Assembly: GCA_028713155.1 (NCBI GenBank)
Contig: JAQTPA010000005.1
Coordinates: forward strand, 1-58,707
Length of the DNA: 58,707 nt
Reading direction: 5' to 3'
Origin: Candidatus Omnitrophota bacterium
GTDB lineage: Bacteria; Omnitrophota; Gorgyraeia; Gygaellales; Profunditerraquicolaceae
Shown: positions 28,826-37,989 of the stretch, piece by piece
How the letters are laid out: each line of letters opens with the position of its first letter
How positions within the stretch are numbered: position 1 is the stretch's first letter
Made by a program: the position numbers and the translations under genes
The notes under the pieces: model-generated
The model's input: only the letters and a program-made list of their open reading frames with translations
Databases searched by the model: none
Told to the model about the DNA's origin: nothing

Positions 28826-29970
28826 CCGATAAGATTAGCTTAGCTAATACAACCGAGGAAATCAAGGAGGTGTACGGTAAGCTTACCTTTGATGATATCG
28901 GCGGCGGCAGGCCGGCTTCTTCATTAGCGCTTATTTCGAAAAAGAAGGCCAAAAAGCAGATAATAAATTTACGCAATAAGGGCTTCAAGTTTAATTATCT
29001 CCTGAACGCTTTATGCCTGGATAACCTGGAATTAACAAGGGAGGGGCAAAAAAAATTCAGGCGTTTATTAGGCTGGATAGTGGATGCCGGGGTTGATGCG
29101 GTCACTGTTGCGGTGCCCTATCTGGCAATGTGGGTTAAGAAGAACTACCCTTCGCTCTCAATTACGGTTTCGGCATTGGCGAATGTCGATTCCCTGAGCA
29201 AGGCTATATTTTGGGATGATCTAGGCGTAGAAAAAATAACTTTTCCGGGCCCGGTGATAAATCGTAATTTCTCACTGATCCGGGAGCTTAAAAAAACTAT
29301 CAAATCCAAGGTCCAGTTAATAGCCAATAATGCCTGTTTAGCTAACTGCCCGGAATATATCAATCATGCGCTCATGAATTCCCACGCTTCCCAGGGCTGG
29401 CATAGCTGCAGGGGGTATATGTTTGATTACCATCTTATTATGTGCCGGTTGAAACGCCTTGAGGATCCGGTAAATTTTATCCGTTCGGATTGGATAAGGC
29501 CGGAAGACATTGATTTTTATGAAGGATTAGGAGTGGATAGCATTAAGCTTGTAGACAGGCGCTTACCCAGCGACATGCTGGCCAGGATAATCAATGCTTA
29601 TGTCCAGAGGTCTTACTCGGGTAATTTATTGGATTTATTCCATACCTTCCAGGGGAAGAGTTTTAGCGCTCACAAAGGGTGGATTTATAAGTTATTCCAT
29701 TTGTCCCTGTCTTTGCCTGCGGATGCCTTCAGGTTATTGAAATTTTCTCGATTACTCTCTAAACTTGAAGTTTATATTGATAACAAGCAATTAGATGGTT
29801 TTATTGAAAATATTCCCGGTAAATGCGATTTGATTTCCTGCGCTCCCTGCGGGTACTGCAGGAGAGCAGCCGTCAGGGCGGTTAAGATTGATCCTGTCTA
29901 CCGGAAGGCCATGCTGGATAAATATGCTGCGGCAATGCACGATATTTTTCGCGGCAGCTTTATTTTCTAA
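28786..29970 (+). CDS. Peptidase U32-family Fe-S protein, copy 4
   Basis: GGGR, FNYLLNALC, NNACLANC..H..H..C, WIRPED, IKLVDR, C-terminal CDLISCAPCGYC; 40-bp overlap with the upstream radical SAM gene. Confidence 0.85.
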   Translation: MEFSVPTNWQKELTDKISLANTTEEIKEVYGKLTFDDIGGGRPASSLALISKKKAKKQIINLRNKGFKFNYLLNALCLDNLELTREGQKKFRRLLGWIVDAGVDAVTVAVPYLAMWVKKNYPSLSITVSALANVDSLSKAIFWDDLGVEKITFPGPVINRNFSLIRELKKTIKSKVQLIANNACLANCPEYINHALMNSHASQGWHSCRGYMFDYHLIMCRLKRLEDPVNFIRSDWIRPEDIDFYEGLGVDSIKLVDRRLPSDMLARIINAYVQRSYSGNLLDLFHTFQGKSFSAHKGWIYKLFHLSLSLPADAFRLLKFSRLLSKLEVYIDNKQLDGFIENIPGKCDLISCAPCGYCRRAAVRAVKIDPVYRKAMLDKYAAAMHDIFRGSFIF

Positions 29971-30005
29971 GTTTGGGATCCGTTATTCTTCGCTTTAACC
30001 CATAA

Positions 30006-30716
30006 ATGTTTAAAGGAAATAAAATATCCCTGGTTATTCCGGCTTTTAATGAGCAAGAGTGCATCGGCACCTTATTGCCGGGAATTCCTGGTTTTGTAGA
30101 TGAGGTTATTGTCGTCGATAACGGGTCTACCGATAAAACCGCCGAAATATCCAAGCTTAACGGAGCTTCGGTTATCTACGAGAAGCGCAGGGGTTACGGA
30201 GTTTCTTTGAAAACCGGAATTTTAACCGCGCAGGGAGATATTATAATTTGTCTGGACGCCGACGGCAGCTATCCTTTGACTGTCATAGAAGATTTCTTAA
30301 AGCTTTTAACAGATAATGAATATGATTTTATAAGCGGGCAACGTATTAATCTGAACATCAATAATGCGATGCCCTTAATAAACAGGATTGGAAATAAAAT
30401 AATCTCATGTTTAATAAATCTTTTTTTTGGCATCCATTTAAAAGATTCTCAATCCGGGATGTGGGCCCTTAAGAGAGAGATATTCAATAAGATAGCTCCG
30501 GCAAGCCCGGGTATGGGATTTTCCCAGGAAATTAAGATAAGGGCATGGTTAAATCCGGATATCGCCTGTTACGAGACGAACATTCCCTATGATAGACGCC
30601 TTGGCGGTAGAAGTAAGTTTAACAGGATCCAGGACAGCGTTACGATTTTATATGATGTTTTTTACATATTAAAAGAACACTATGGCCTTCTACAATATAA
30701 AAAGAATAATCTCTAA
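30006..30716 (+). CDS. GT2 glycosyltransferase (DPM1-like)
   Basis: VIPAFNE, VDNGSTD, GYGVSL, LDADGSY, DSQSG, GRSK. Confidence 0.88.
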   Translation: MFKGNKISLVIPAFNEQECIGTLLPGIPGFVDEVIVVDNGSTDKTAEISKLNGASVIYEKRRGYGVSLKTGILTAQGDIIICLDADGSYPLTVIEDFLKLLTDNEYDFISGQRINLNINNAMPLINRIGNKIISCLINLFFGIHLKDSQSGMWALKREIFNKIAPASPGMGFSQEIKIRAWLNPDIACYETNIPYDRRLGGRSKFNRIQDSVTILYDVFYILKEHYGLLQYKKNNL

Positions 30717-31692
30717 AAAGCCATATTGGGGGATGCTGTTGCCTTTAATGAAAATCAGGATTCCCCATCCGGTATTTATCTTGCTGCATATTACTTTGAA
30801 ATGTAACAGAAATTGCGCCTGGTGTTATCAAAAACAGGATTCATTTTATCGGCAGCATTCAGGAGATATGCGGCTGGAGGCGTTCGAGAAGATCCTCGCG
30901 GAAGCAAAACCCGGATTTTTCTTAAGGACGCATATTCACTTATTCGGCGGAGAACCATTAACGCATCCTGAATTTCCCGTTTTTTTAAAAATATGCAAAA
31001 AATATAATTACTCGCCTACGATTACGACTAACGGCGATTATTTAAGAGAATATATGGAAATAATAAAAAGCAGTACTATTTCCCAGTTAAATATCTCCCT
31101 AAACAGGCCGGGCTATGATTCATTAGAAAAAACTTATGAAGGGCTGCTAAAATGCATTGCTCTTTTAGCGAAGGAGAAGGTTATTAACCTTAATTTTGCT
31201 TTGACCCCCGGGGATTATCACTTATTGGAGCAAGTAACCCTTTTTTTCAGCAGTAAATTTAAAAAAGGTGCGATAAATTCTTTTACCTGCCAGCATTTTT
31301 TTTCAAGAAATGGGCCTTCTGGTGGAAAGATTAAAGGGATTAATGTATATCTCCTGGAGGAACAAATAAAAAAATTACAAAAAGAAAAAATCAATTTTAA
31401 GTTATTATTTTTACCGCATATCGGACTAAAGGATATACGGAAATATTATTATTCCGAATTTAGCTTCCGGAATAAATGTTATATACCCTGGTTAGGTTTA
31501 AATATTTACCCTGATTTGACCGTGACAGCAGGGGGCGGAGTCCTGGGCTGCAATAGAATATTAGGCGATTTAAACGTAACTTCGATACGGGAAATATGGC
31601 GGGGGGAAAAACTGGGTAGTTTCCGCGACAGCTTACTATCCCAGGGTTTAGAGTCCCGGTGCAACCGGTGTTGCCATAAATTATATTATTGA
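30682..31692 (+). CDS. Radical SAM protein with SPASM/twitch domain
   Basis: ITLKCNRNCAWC, GGEPL, TTNG, CYIPW...C...CNRCC. Confidence 0.88.
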   Translation: MAFYNIKRIISKKPYWGMLLPLMKIRIPHPVFILLHITLKCNRNCAWCYQKQDSFYRQHSGDMRLEAFEKILAEAKPGFFLRTHIHLFGGEPLTHPEFPVFLKICKKYNYSPTITTNGDYLREYMEIIKSSTISQLNISLNRPGYDSLEKTYEGLLKCIALLAKEKVINLNFALTPGDYHLLEQVTLFFSSKFKKGAINSFTCQHFFSRNGPSGGKIKGINVYLLEEQIKKLQKEKINFKLLFLPHIGLKDIRKYYYSEFSFRNKCYIPWLGLNIYPDLTVTAGGGVLGCNRILGDLNVTSIREIWRGEKLGSFRDSLLSQGLESRCNRCCHKLYY

Positions 31693-31693
31693 T

Positions 31694-33703
31694 ATGCTAA
31701 ACAGGAAATTTGATTGGCGTCCTTATCTTATCCTAGTAGTATTGTGGATGACCGTCACTATCGGTAATTGGGCAGCGCTATCCGGTTACCGCTGCCCGTG
31801 GCCGCATCCTACCTGGGGATGCCTGCGGACAGATATTGAAAAAATAAGAATGGACCGTTCACTCTCCGCAGCAATAAACAGCGGCGGGAGATTTCGCGAT
31901 AAGCTTATAATGGCGACAGACCTGTTAAAAACCCCTCTCCAAAGGCCCAGGATGGTCCATCTCATTGCAGCTTTAGGCGATTCGGTATTCGGCGAGAAAT
32001 ATTCCAGGATTATTATATCCTCAATGTATTATTTAATCCTGATTCTGGGGACCTATTTTTTTAGCAGGAAATTCTACGGCAAGAAGATAGGAATGTTATC
32101 GGCGGCACTAGTTTCTTCGTATCCGGAAATTTTTCATTTTTCTAAGACATACGAACTGGACTTCCCATTGACAGCTTTTTTTATATTTACAATGTATTTA
32201 TTAATTAATACAAAAAATTTTAGAAGTAGTATGTTGTCGGTCATTTTCGGAATTTTCCTAGGAATCGGAATTCTAATAAAGGGTTCCATTCTCTTATTTT
32301 TAATCACTCCCTTTTTATTTTCTCTCTATTATGCCTTCAGGGATTATAAAGGTTCCGGTTATAAATTACCTAAAATGATATTAAATATTCTAATCGCGGT
32401 ATTTATATCAGCGGCAATTTCTTCATTATGGTGGGCAGGTAATTTCAACGCAATCTTATTTAAATTCCCCCTCTATTTAAGCGGCAAGGTAAAAGCTTTG
32501 ATGAGTACCCCGTATATGTTGCCCGATGTACCAACGATTTTCTTCAGCAAAATATTATATAATATATTCCTGTTAGTCGCGCAGGTAATTAAGGCTTCTT
32601 CGGTTGAATTATTTTCCCTTTTTATAGTTTTTGTTTTTTTCTTCCTCAAAAAAAAGCCAAGGAACAATATTTTAATTTTTTCGTTATTAGTGCCCCTCAT
32701 TATTCTTTATTTTTCGGCACTAAAAACGCCAAGGTATTTTATGCCGCTGCTTCCTTTATTTGCCATCGTAATTTCAGCAGGTATATTTGAGATACGTAAT
32801 GCTAGGCTAAAGAGGATTACTATAACATTGGCCTGTGTAATTGTTTTTAACCATCTTTTATTTTATATGTTTTTCAATCCGGAAAATAAAATGGCCGTAT
32901 CTAAAAACCATATTTACGCTAAATGCAGCGAGATTGCCGAAAAATTTCTACATTTGATTGAAAAGAGTAATTCTAAACCTGCGTTTATGACCTTTATTTC
33001 CGAAGCATCTAATAGGGACAGTGAACCAATGGTTATTATTCAATATTTCATGGAAAAGCAGCGCGGAAACGATATTATCTTGGATTTCGGATTAAATAAT
33101 ATAGATAAAAGCAATTTTATTTTATTATTATTTGATAGAAAATATTATTTTAGAGTAGCAGCTTTTTTAAACGCAGGAAGGGAGAGTATAAATAAAAGAT
33201 CATATCTTAATTTATGCAATGAGTATCTAATAAGCGATGGATCCTTCTGCATGAATCTCATGAACCCTAAGACGTTTAATAAGTATTTATATAATATCCA
33301 ACAAAAGGTCCGCAATAGCGAAGTCAGCCAGTTTGAAATTTTTGAGAAATTACTGGTCTTGGAAGCTATTAAAAAAGGGCTGTTAAGTATTAAAGAAGTA
33401 TCCAAGGGGCGTAGATGGTTGGCTAGGGATATCTCTATCTGGTCGGATATCTACAATCATCGGGGGACCGAGGGGTTAATTCAGGAGTTAACTATTACTT
33501 ATCCGGAACTTAGATCCTGGCTGGAAACAGGCGTTTTAAACAAACCGTTGGTTAACGATGTAAGATGGAGATGGCTTTATAGACAACTTACCGTTAACAA
33601 ATTTGTTATAATCGGCCATGAGGAGATTCAACAACTGGGGATAGATTTTTATTTATTGGAAAGAGCAGGTAACAATAAGGAGGCTGGATTAAATGCGGAT
33701 TAA
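31694..33703 (+). CDS. ArnT-like GT-C membrane glycosyltransferase
   Basis: Multiple TM segments, SKTYELDFPLTA, LIKG, PRYFMPLLP; long soluble C-terminus. Confidence 0.72.
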   Translation: MLNRKFDWRPYLILVVLWMTVTIGNWAALSGYRCPWPHPTWGCLRTDIEKIRMDRSLSAAINSGGRFRDKLIMATDLLKTPLQRPRMVHLIAALGDSVFGEKYSRIIISSMYYLILILGTYFFSRKFYGKKIGMLSAALVSSYPEIFHFSKTYELDFPLTAFFIFTMYLLINTKNFRSSMLSVIFGIFLGIGILIKGSILLFLITPFLFSLYYAFRDYKGSGYKLPKMILNILIAVFISAAISSLWWAGNFNAILFKFPLYLSGKVKALMSTPYMLPDVPTIFFSKILYNIFLLVAQVIKASSVELFSLFIVFVFFFLKKKPRNNILIFSLLVPLIILYFSALKTPRYFMPLLPLFAIVISAGIFEIRNARLKRITITLACVIVFNHLLFYMFFNPENKMAVSKNHIYAKCSEIAEKFLHLIEKSNSKPAFMTFISEASNRDSEPMVIIQYFMEKQRGNDIILDFGLNNIDKSNFILLLFDRKYYFRVAAFLNAGRESINKRSYLNLCNEYLISDGSFCMNLMNPKTFNKYLYNIQQKVRNSEVSQFEIFEKLLVLEAIKKGLLSIKEVSKGRRWLARDISIWSDIYNHRGTEGLIQELTITYPELRSWLETGVLNKPLVNDVRWRWLYRQLTVNKFVIIGHEEIQQLGIDFYLLERAGNNKEAGLNAD

Positions 33704-35723
33704 AAGAAACGTTGTTATCTGTTTATTAATTTTAGCGTTGTTTCATCTTGTAAATAACTATATCTGGCTGAAAAACGATTCTTTAAGTTTTCATAAAGAT
33801 GTAATTAGCCATTTAAGTAATCAACTCGACATTTTTTTAAATGCTAAAACAATACTGCATTCAGACGCCGGGATAATAGGTAAAATCAGCGCTATTATTG
33901 TTTCGGTAAATAAGCTGACTACCCTATATTGTTCGTCATTCTTCTATTCCAGCGGCCTAATAATAAATTTATTGTTCGGATATACTCCGATAATTGCCCG
34001 CTTTTTTAACAATACGATATATTTTATTATTCTTGTTTTTTCTGTTTTTTCCCTGGGCAAGAAATTAAAAAATCAAGAGGCCGGCTTGGTAGCAGCTTTT
34101 ATCGTTTCTTTTTTCCCGGGGATTTTCGGCAGTTCCAGGATGTACGGCCTGGATTTTCCTCTTACGGCAATGGTTTCGTTATCGTTATTGCTGCTTATTT
34201 TAACTGCAAACTTCAAGAAGACAGGATATTCCCTGGCCTTAGGGATGATTGCCGGGATTTGTTTTGTTATTAAGGCTCAAGGGGTTTTATTCTTTATCGG
34301 GCCGTTCATTTATATTTTATATCGAACTTTTACGGAAGATAATTGCGTGTTAAAAAGAAAAAGGGTATTCAATCTGGCCGCGTTTTTATTAATCATTTCC
34401 CTGATTATAACCCTATTCTATCAACGCCATATATTATTATTGTTATCCCATTTTATCAGCCATATTCGGGGAGAAATGATTGTCCCCTCGGTGACAGAAG
34501 CAAGACCGTTTAGCCTGGGGTGGGTTACTTTTTATGCCGCTGTTATTAAGAATAATATCTCTTGGCCTTATTTTTGTTTATTTCTAATATATTTAGCCCT
34601 GTTCATAAAGTCCAGGAGAATAAGAGATATCTTTTTCCCGCTATTATGGCTGGGAGTGCCTTATATCCTATTAACAGTGATTCTATTAAAAGATGAGAGT
34701 TATTTTTTCCCGGGATTACCAGCAGTTGCTTTGATTATATCCTTAGGTATAACCAGTTATGGGAAGAAGATAAGAAAGTTCTTATATTATTCATTATTTG
34801 GCATATCCATGCTTAACTTTTTAGTATTATCTTATTATGGATACCGTAGCGGACAGGTCTGGCAGAATTTTATGCCTGTAAAAATAGCTAAATTTATGGC
34901 CGGTAGCCAGTGGGCGCATCCCCCGGCAGAGGCAAGGTACGCTATAGTCGCCAGTGATTTTGTCGATATCATCAAAAAGAATCAAAATCCTAATAGGATA
35001 ATCAAAATAGGTATTATTGAAGAGCGCTATTTTAAGGGCGATTTTGCAAAATGCCTGGCGTATTTCTTAAAATTACGCTACCCGGAAATCAAAACTTATT
35101 TAAGCTGTACAGGCGATTGGCCGTTTTTTCTGAACGCCCAGTTTTTATCCCAAGCCAGTGATTTCGATTATATTATTGCTTTTAAAGAATGTTCTTCCTG
35201 CGGTAACCCCGACTTTAGCGGACTGAAATATTTTAAATTACCTAAAAATCGGCAGAAGGAATATTCTTCCGAAGAAGTAGACAGATTAATAAAGAGACTT
35301 AAGGAGTATACGATAATCCGGAGAAACTTTATTGGCGGCAGTTGCATGAGCGTATTCTTAATGTCTAAGCAAAAGCTTAAACCGCTAGATAAGCCTGCCG
35401 CAGAGTGCAGGCAAGTCATCAATTTATTAGATGGAAAAGTTATCGCCATAGAACCTTTATTTTCCCGGCTGGTAATAGGATACAGGGATATTTTCAGCCA
35501 ATACAAAGAGGAAATATTCTATGTCGTCAACGGCGTAACTTCTTACGAAAATGTTTTATCCATATCCGATTTAAAATTAAATGATAGTATTATCGTGGAC
35601 TATTATATTGACAGGCAGAATAGAAAAGTCATATTGAATATGAGCGTCGATAATATTTCAGAAATTCCGCATTTTTTAATTGAGGAGCCGTCGGGTAATT
35701 TAAGAAACGATAGGTTCAAATAA
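33693..35723 (+). CDS. ArnT-like GT-C membrane glycosyltransferase with extra C-terminal beta domain
   Basis: SRMYGLDFPLTA, VIKAQG, YFFPGLP; tandem paralog of 31694-33703. Confidence 0.72.
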   Translation: MRIKRNVVICLLILALFHLVNNYIWLKNDSLSFHKDVISHLSNQLDIFLNAKTILHSDAGIIGKISAIIVSVNKLTTLYCSSFFYSSGLIINLLFGYTPIIARFFNNTIYFIILVFSVFSLGKKLKNQEAGLVAAFIVSFFPGIFGSSRMYGLDFPLTAMVSLSLLLLILTANFKKTGYSLALGMIAGICFVIKAQGVLFFIGPFIYILYRTFTEDNCVLKRKRVFNLAAFLLIISLIITLFYQRHILLLLSHFISHIRGEMIVPSVTEARPFSLGWVTFYAAVIKNNISWPYFCLFLIYLALFIKSRRIRDIFFPLLWLGVPYILLTVILLKDESYFFPGLPAVALIISLGITSYGKKIRKFLYYSLFGISMLNFLVLSYYGYRSGQVWQNFMPVKIAKFMAGSQWAHPPAEARYAIVASDFVDIIKKNQNPNRIIKIGIIEERYFKGDFAKCLAYFLKLRYPEIKTYLSCTGDWPFFLNAQFLSQASDFDYIIAFKECSSCGNPDFSGLKYFKLPKNRQKEYSSEEVDRLIKRLKEYTIIRRNFIGGSCMSVFLMSKQKLKPLDKPAAECRQVINLLDGKVIAIEPLFSRLVIGYRDIFSQYKEEIFYVVNGVTSYENVLSISDLKLNDSIIVDYYIDRQNRKVILNMSVDNISEIPHFLIEEPSGNLRNDRFK

Positions 35724-35747
35724 CCGGGCTTCTGAGCGGGGGGAGAG

Positions 35748-36719
35748 ATGCGCGATCCCGACATATCGAATAGTTTAGTGAGTATTATTATAGTGACTGC
35801 CGGCATGAAGGATTATATTCTATCTTGCCTGGATTCGTTAAGAAAGCAGAGCCACCCTTTACTGGAAGTTATTGTAATTGATAATTCGCTACGCCCGGAA
35901 TTGAAATCCCGGATTTCCCGGGAATTCCCTTCAGTTAAAATATGCCCAGGCATAAGGAAAATATCTTACTGTGAATCCCTTAATCAGGGTGTAGGCTTAA
36001 GTAAAGGGGAATACATACTCTGCCTTAATGATGATGTAATATTGAACAAAGATTTTGTGCAAAATGGACTGCGGGGGTTTGATCTAAATAGCAAAATCGG
36101 GATAGTTAGCGGGAAAGTTTTACGTTTTGGCGGCAAGCTAATTGATAGTACGGGTTTATTCTTAAGTCCCTGGCTGACAGCCGGGGAAAGAGGCTACGGC
36201 AAGCTTGACCGGGGGCAATTTGAGGAAGCAGGGTATGTTTTTGGAGCTACCGGCGCAGTTGCCTTTTATCGTCGAAGTATGTTAGAGGATATTAAAACCG
36301 GGCAGGATTACTTTGATTCTGATTTCGGGATCTTTTATGAAGACCTGGATATTACCTGGAGAGCTAATAATAACGGTTGGAAAGGCTATTATTTGCCTTT
36401 AGCCATTGCTTATCATTTAAGGGGCGGCACGGTCAGAATAGAAAAGAATGGGCTTGATAAGAGATGCGCCAGGTTCTATTTAAATGACGAATTATATTTC
36501 AATTTGGTTAAAAACAGGTATCTTGCTATCGCCAAAAACGAAAAACTTATAGACTTTTTACTTCGGTTACCCTGGATTATTATTTATGAAATTGCTACCT
36601 GGTTCCTGATTATTTTTTCCCGCCCGAAGTTATTAAGTAAATTTCTTACTCTGCCCTCCTTGGTGGTGTCTGCGTTTGAAAAAAAGTCCAGGAAGGGCAT
36701 TTCTAAGCTCCTCTGCTAG
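35748..36719 (+). CDS. GT2 glycosyltransferase (WbbL/rhamnosyltransferase-like)
   Basis: VIDN, LNDD, GAVAFYRR, FYEDLDITWRA, YHLRG. Confidence 0.85.
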   Translation: MRDPDISNSLVSIIIVTAGMKDYILSCLDSLRKQSHPLLEVIVIDNSLRPELKSRISREFPSVKICPGIRKISYCESLNQGVGLSKGEYILCLNDDVILNKDFVQNGLRGFDLNSKIGIVSGKVLRFGGKLIDSTGLFLSPWLTAGERGYGKLDRGQFEEAGYVFGATGAVAFYRRSMLEDIKTGQDYFDSDFGIFYEDLDITWRANNNGWKGYYLPLAIAYHLRGGTVRIEKNGLDKRCARFYLNDELYFNLVKNRYLAIAKNEKLIDFLLRLPWIIIYEIATWFLIIFSRPKLLSKFLTLPSLVVSAFEKKSRKGISKLLC

Positions 36720-36746
36720 ATTCTCCCTCTTAAGTTGAGCTAGGCA

Positions 36747-36774
36747 TTGCATTTGCAATAGAGAGTGATATAAT
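36747..36774 (+). promoter_or_regulatory. Putative sigma70 promoter (extended -10)
   Basis: TTGCAT (36747-36752), 16-nt spacer, TGnTATAAT (TATAAT at 36769-36774) upstream of the 36823 gene. Confidence 0.5.
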
Positions 36775-36822
36775 TAAGCGGGATATTATTTTTAATTCCA
36801 GCGTAAGAAAAATGGTGAGAAA

Positions 36823-37329
36823 GTGACAGAAAAGTACAATCTTACGGGTGAAACCGGAATCGTAAAAAGAGTGAAAATATCCAAAGGAATAATAATTTTT
36901 AGTATTTTAATCATTATCTATTCCTTGCATGGCCTGCCCACCGTTAATTTTAATACCTATTACACCAAGTTTTATCCTTCGCCGGAAAAGGCAATTCTGG
37001 CTCGCTATATTTTCTCTATAGCCCTGAGAATAGTCTTGGTTATTTCAGGCGTAGGAATTTTATTCCGCAGGGATATTTTCCGGAAAATCATTCTGGGTAT
37101 CAGTTTTTTTACCGTTGCCACTGTTTACTGGAAACACCCGGTTATTTGTTTCAAAAGAGTCCTGATATGGAAGATTAACCAAGGCGTACTTCCTATTGAT
37201 GTGCTGCCAAAAATTGATATGCTATCCCGGGTTAGCGCTATAATTTGCTCTAGCGTTGATATTGGTTTTGCTCTTTGTTTAGTATATTATTTTACCCGTC
37301 CTAAGGTAAAGCAACAGTTTATGCGATAA
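36823..37329 (+). CDS. Hypothetical small membrane protein (about 4 TM)
   Basis: 168-aa ORF with hydrophobic segments behind a plausible promoter; GTG start position uncertain. Confidence 0.65.
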   Translation: MTEKYNLTGETGIVKRVKISKGIIIFSILIIIYSLHGLPTVNFNTYYTKFYPSPEKAILARYIFSIALRIVLVISGVGILFRRDIFRKIILGISFFTVATVYWKHPVICFKRVLIWKINQGVLPIDVLPKIDMLSRVSAIICSSVDIGFALCLVYYFTRPKVKQQFMR

Positions 37330-37572
37330 TCGATAAAAGTAGCAGCGCTAGAATTGTTTTTTTATTTTTATTATTCTTACTATATCCCTGCGAGTATATA
37401 ATGTAAAAATTAAGATAGCTGGGATATATACGATATGTTAATAAATATAAATATTGGCTCAGCAGCTATTCTTGCTATTTACCATAGATAAAATTAAAAA
37501 GTTATCTACGGAGCTTTAAAATCCGCTATCTTCTTAATAACAAATCATCATAATTAAATATGATACCGATAG

Positions 37573-37914
37573 CTAGATTTACCAGAAGCTAACTGGGCAG
37601 AAAGAATATACGCTCGAAGATATATAGAGCAACGTATTAAGTTATGTGCTAAGAAGGGGTTGTGGGAAGTGACTTTTATTACTCTATTGAGGGATAATTA
37701 TACCAGGATTAAGGGCGGTAAAAGGGGAGTAGGCCAATGCGTTATTGGAAATAAATGACCAGGAATATCCCTGGAGTATGAAGGAGTTACAGACAATGCA
37801 AACATTTTATTGGATGTAGGGTGATGTTTTACTTATATGTATTTGAAAAACGGCGTTTTTTACGCTAACTGTGTTGATAAAAATTCAATGGGCTTTTGTC
37901 TTATTATCTGGTAA
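37573..37914 (+). pseudogene. Possible decayed gene, methyltransferase-like fragment
   Basis: 114-codon frame without a start codon, interrupted only by TGA at 37756 and 37822; includes ILLDVG*C...LKNG...VD, resembling class I MTase motif I. Confidence 0.3.
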
Positions 37915-37989
37915 ATTTATTAGACTATAAAAATAGCTTCTAAGCAGCAAGAAGCGCGGCAGTTTTAACCATTGTTTTATAATTTCAAA

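Noticed and set aside
477-29970. U32 proteins as collagenases or proteases
   Set aside because: Legacy family name; characterised members are Fe-S hydroxylases, and these copies lack signal peptides and are Cys-rich.
37756-37824. Selenocysteine or alternative genetic code at in-frame TGA codons
   Set aside because: TGA terminates several clear genes in this window (e.g. 480, 10091, 39580), and the frame has no start codon.
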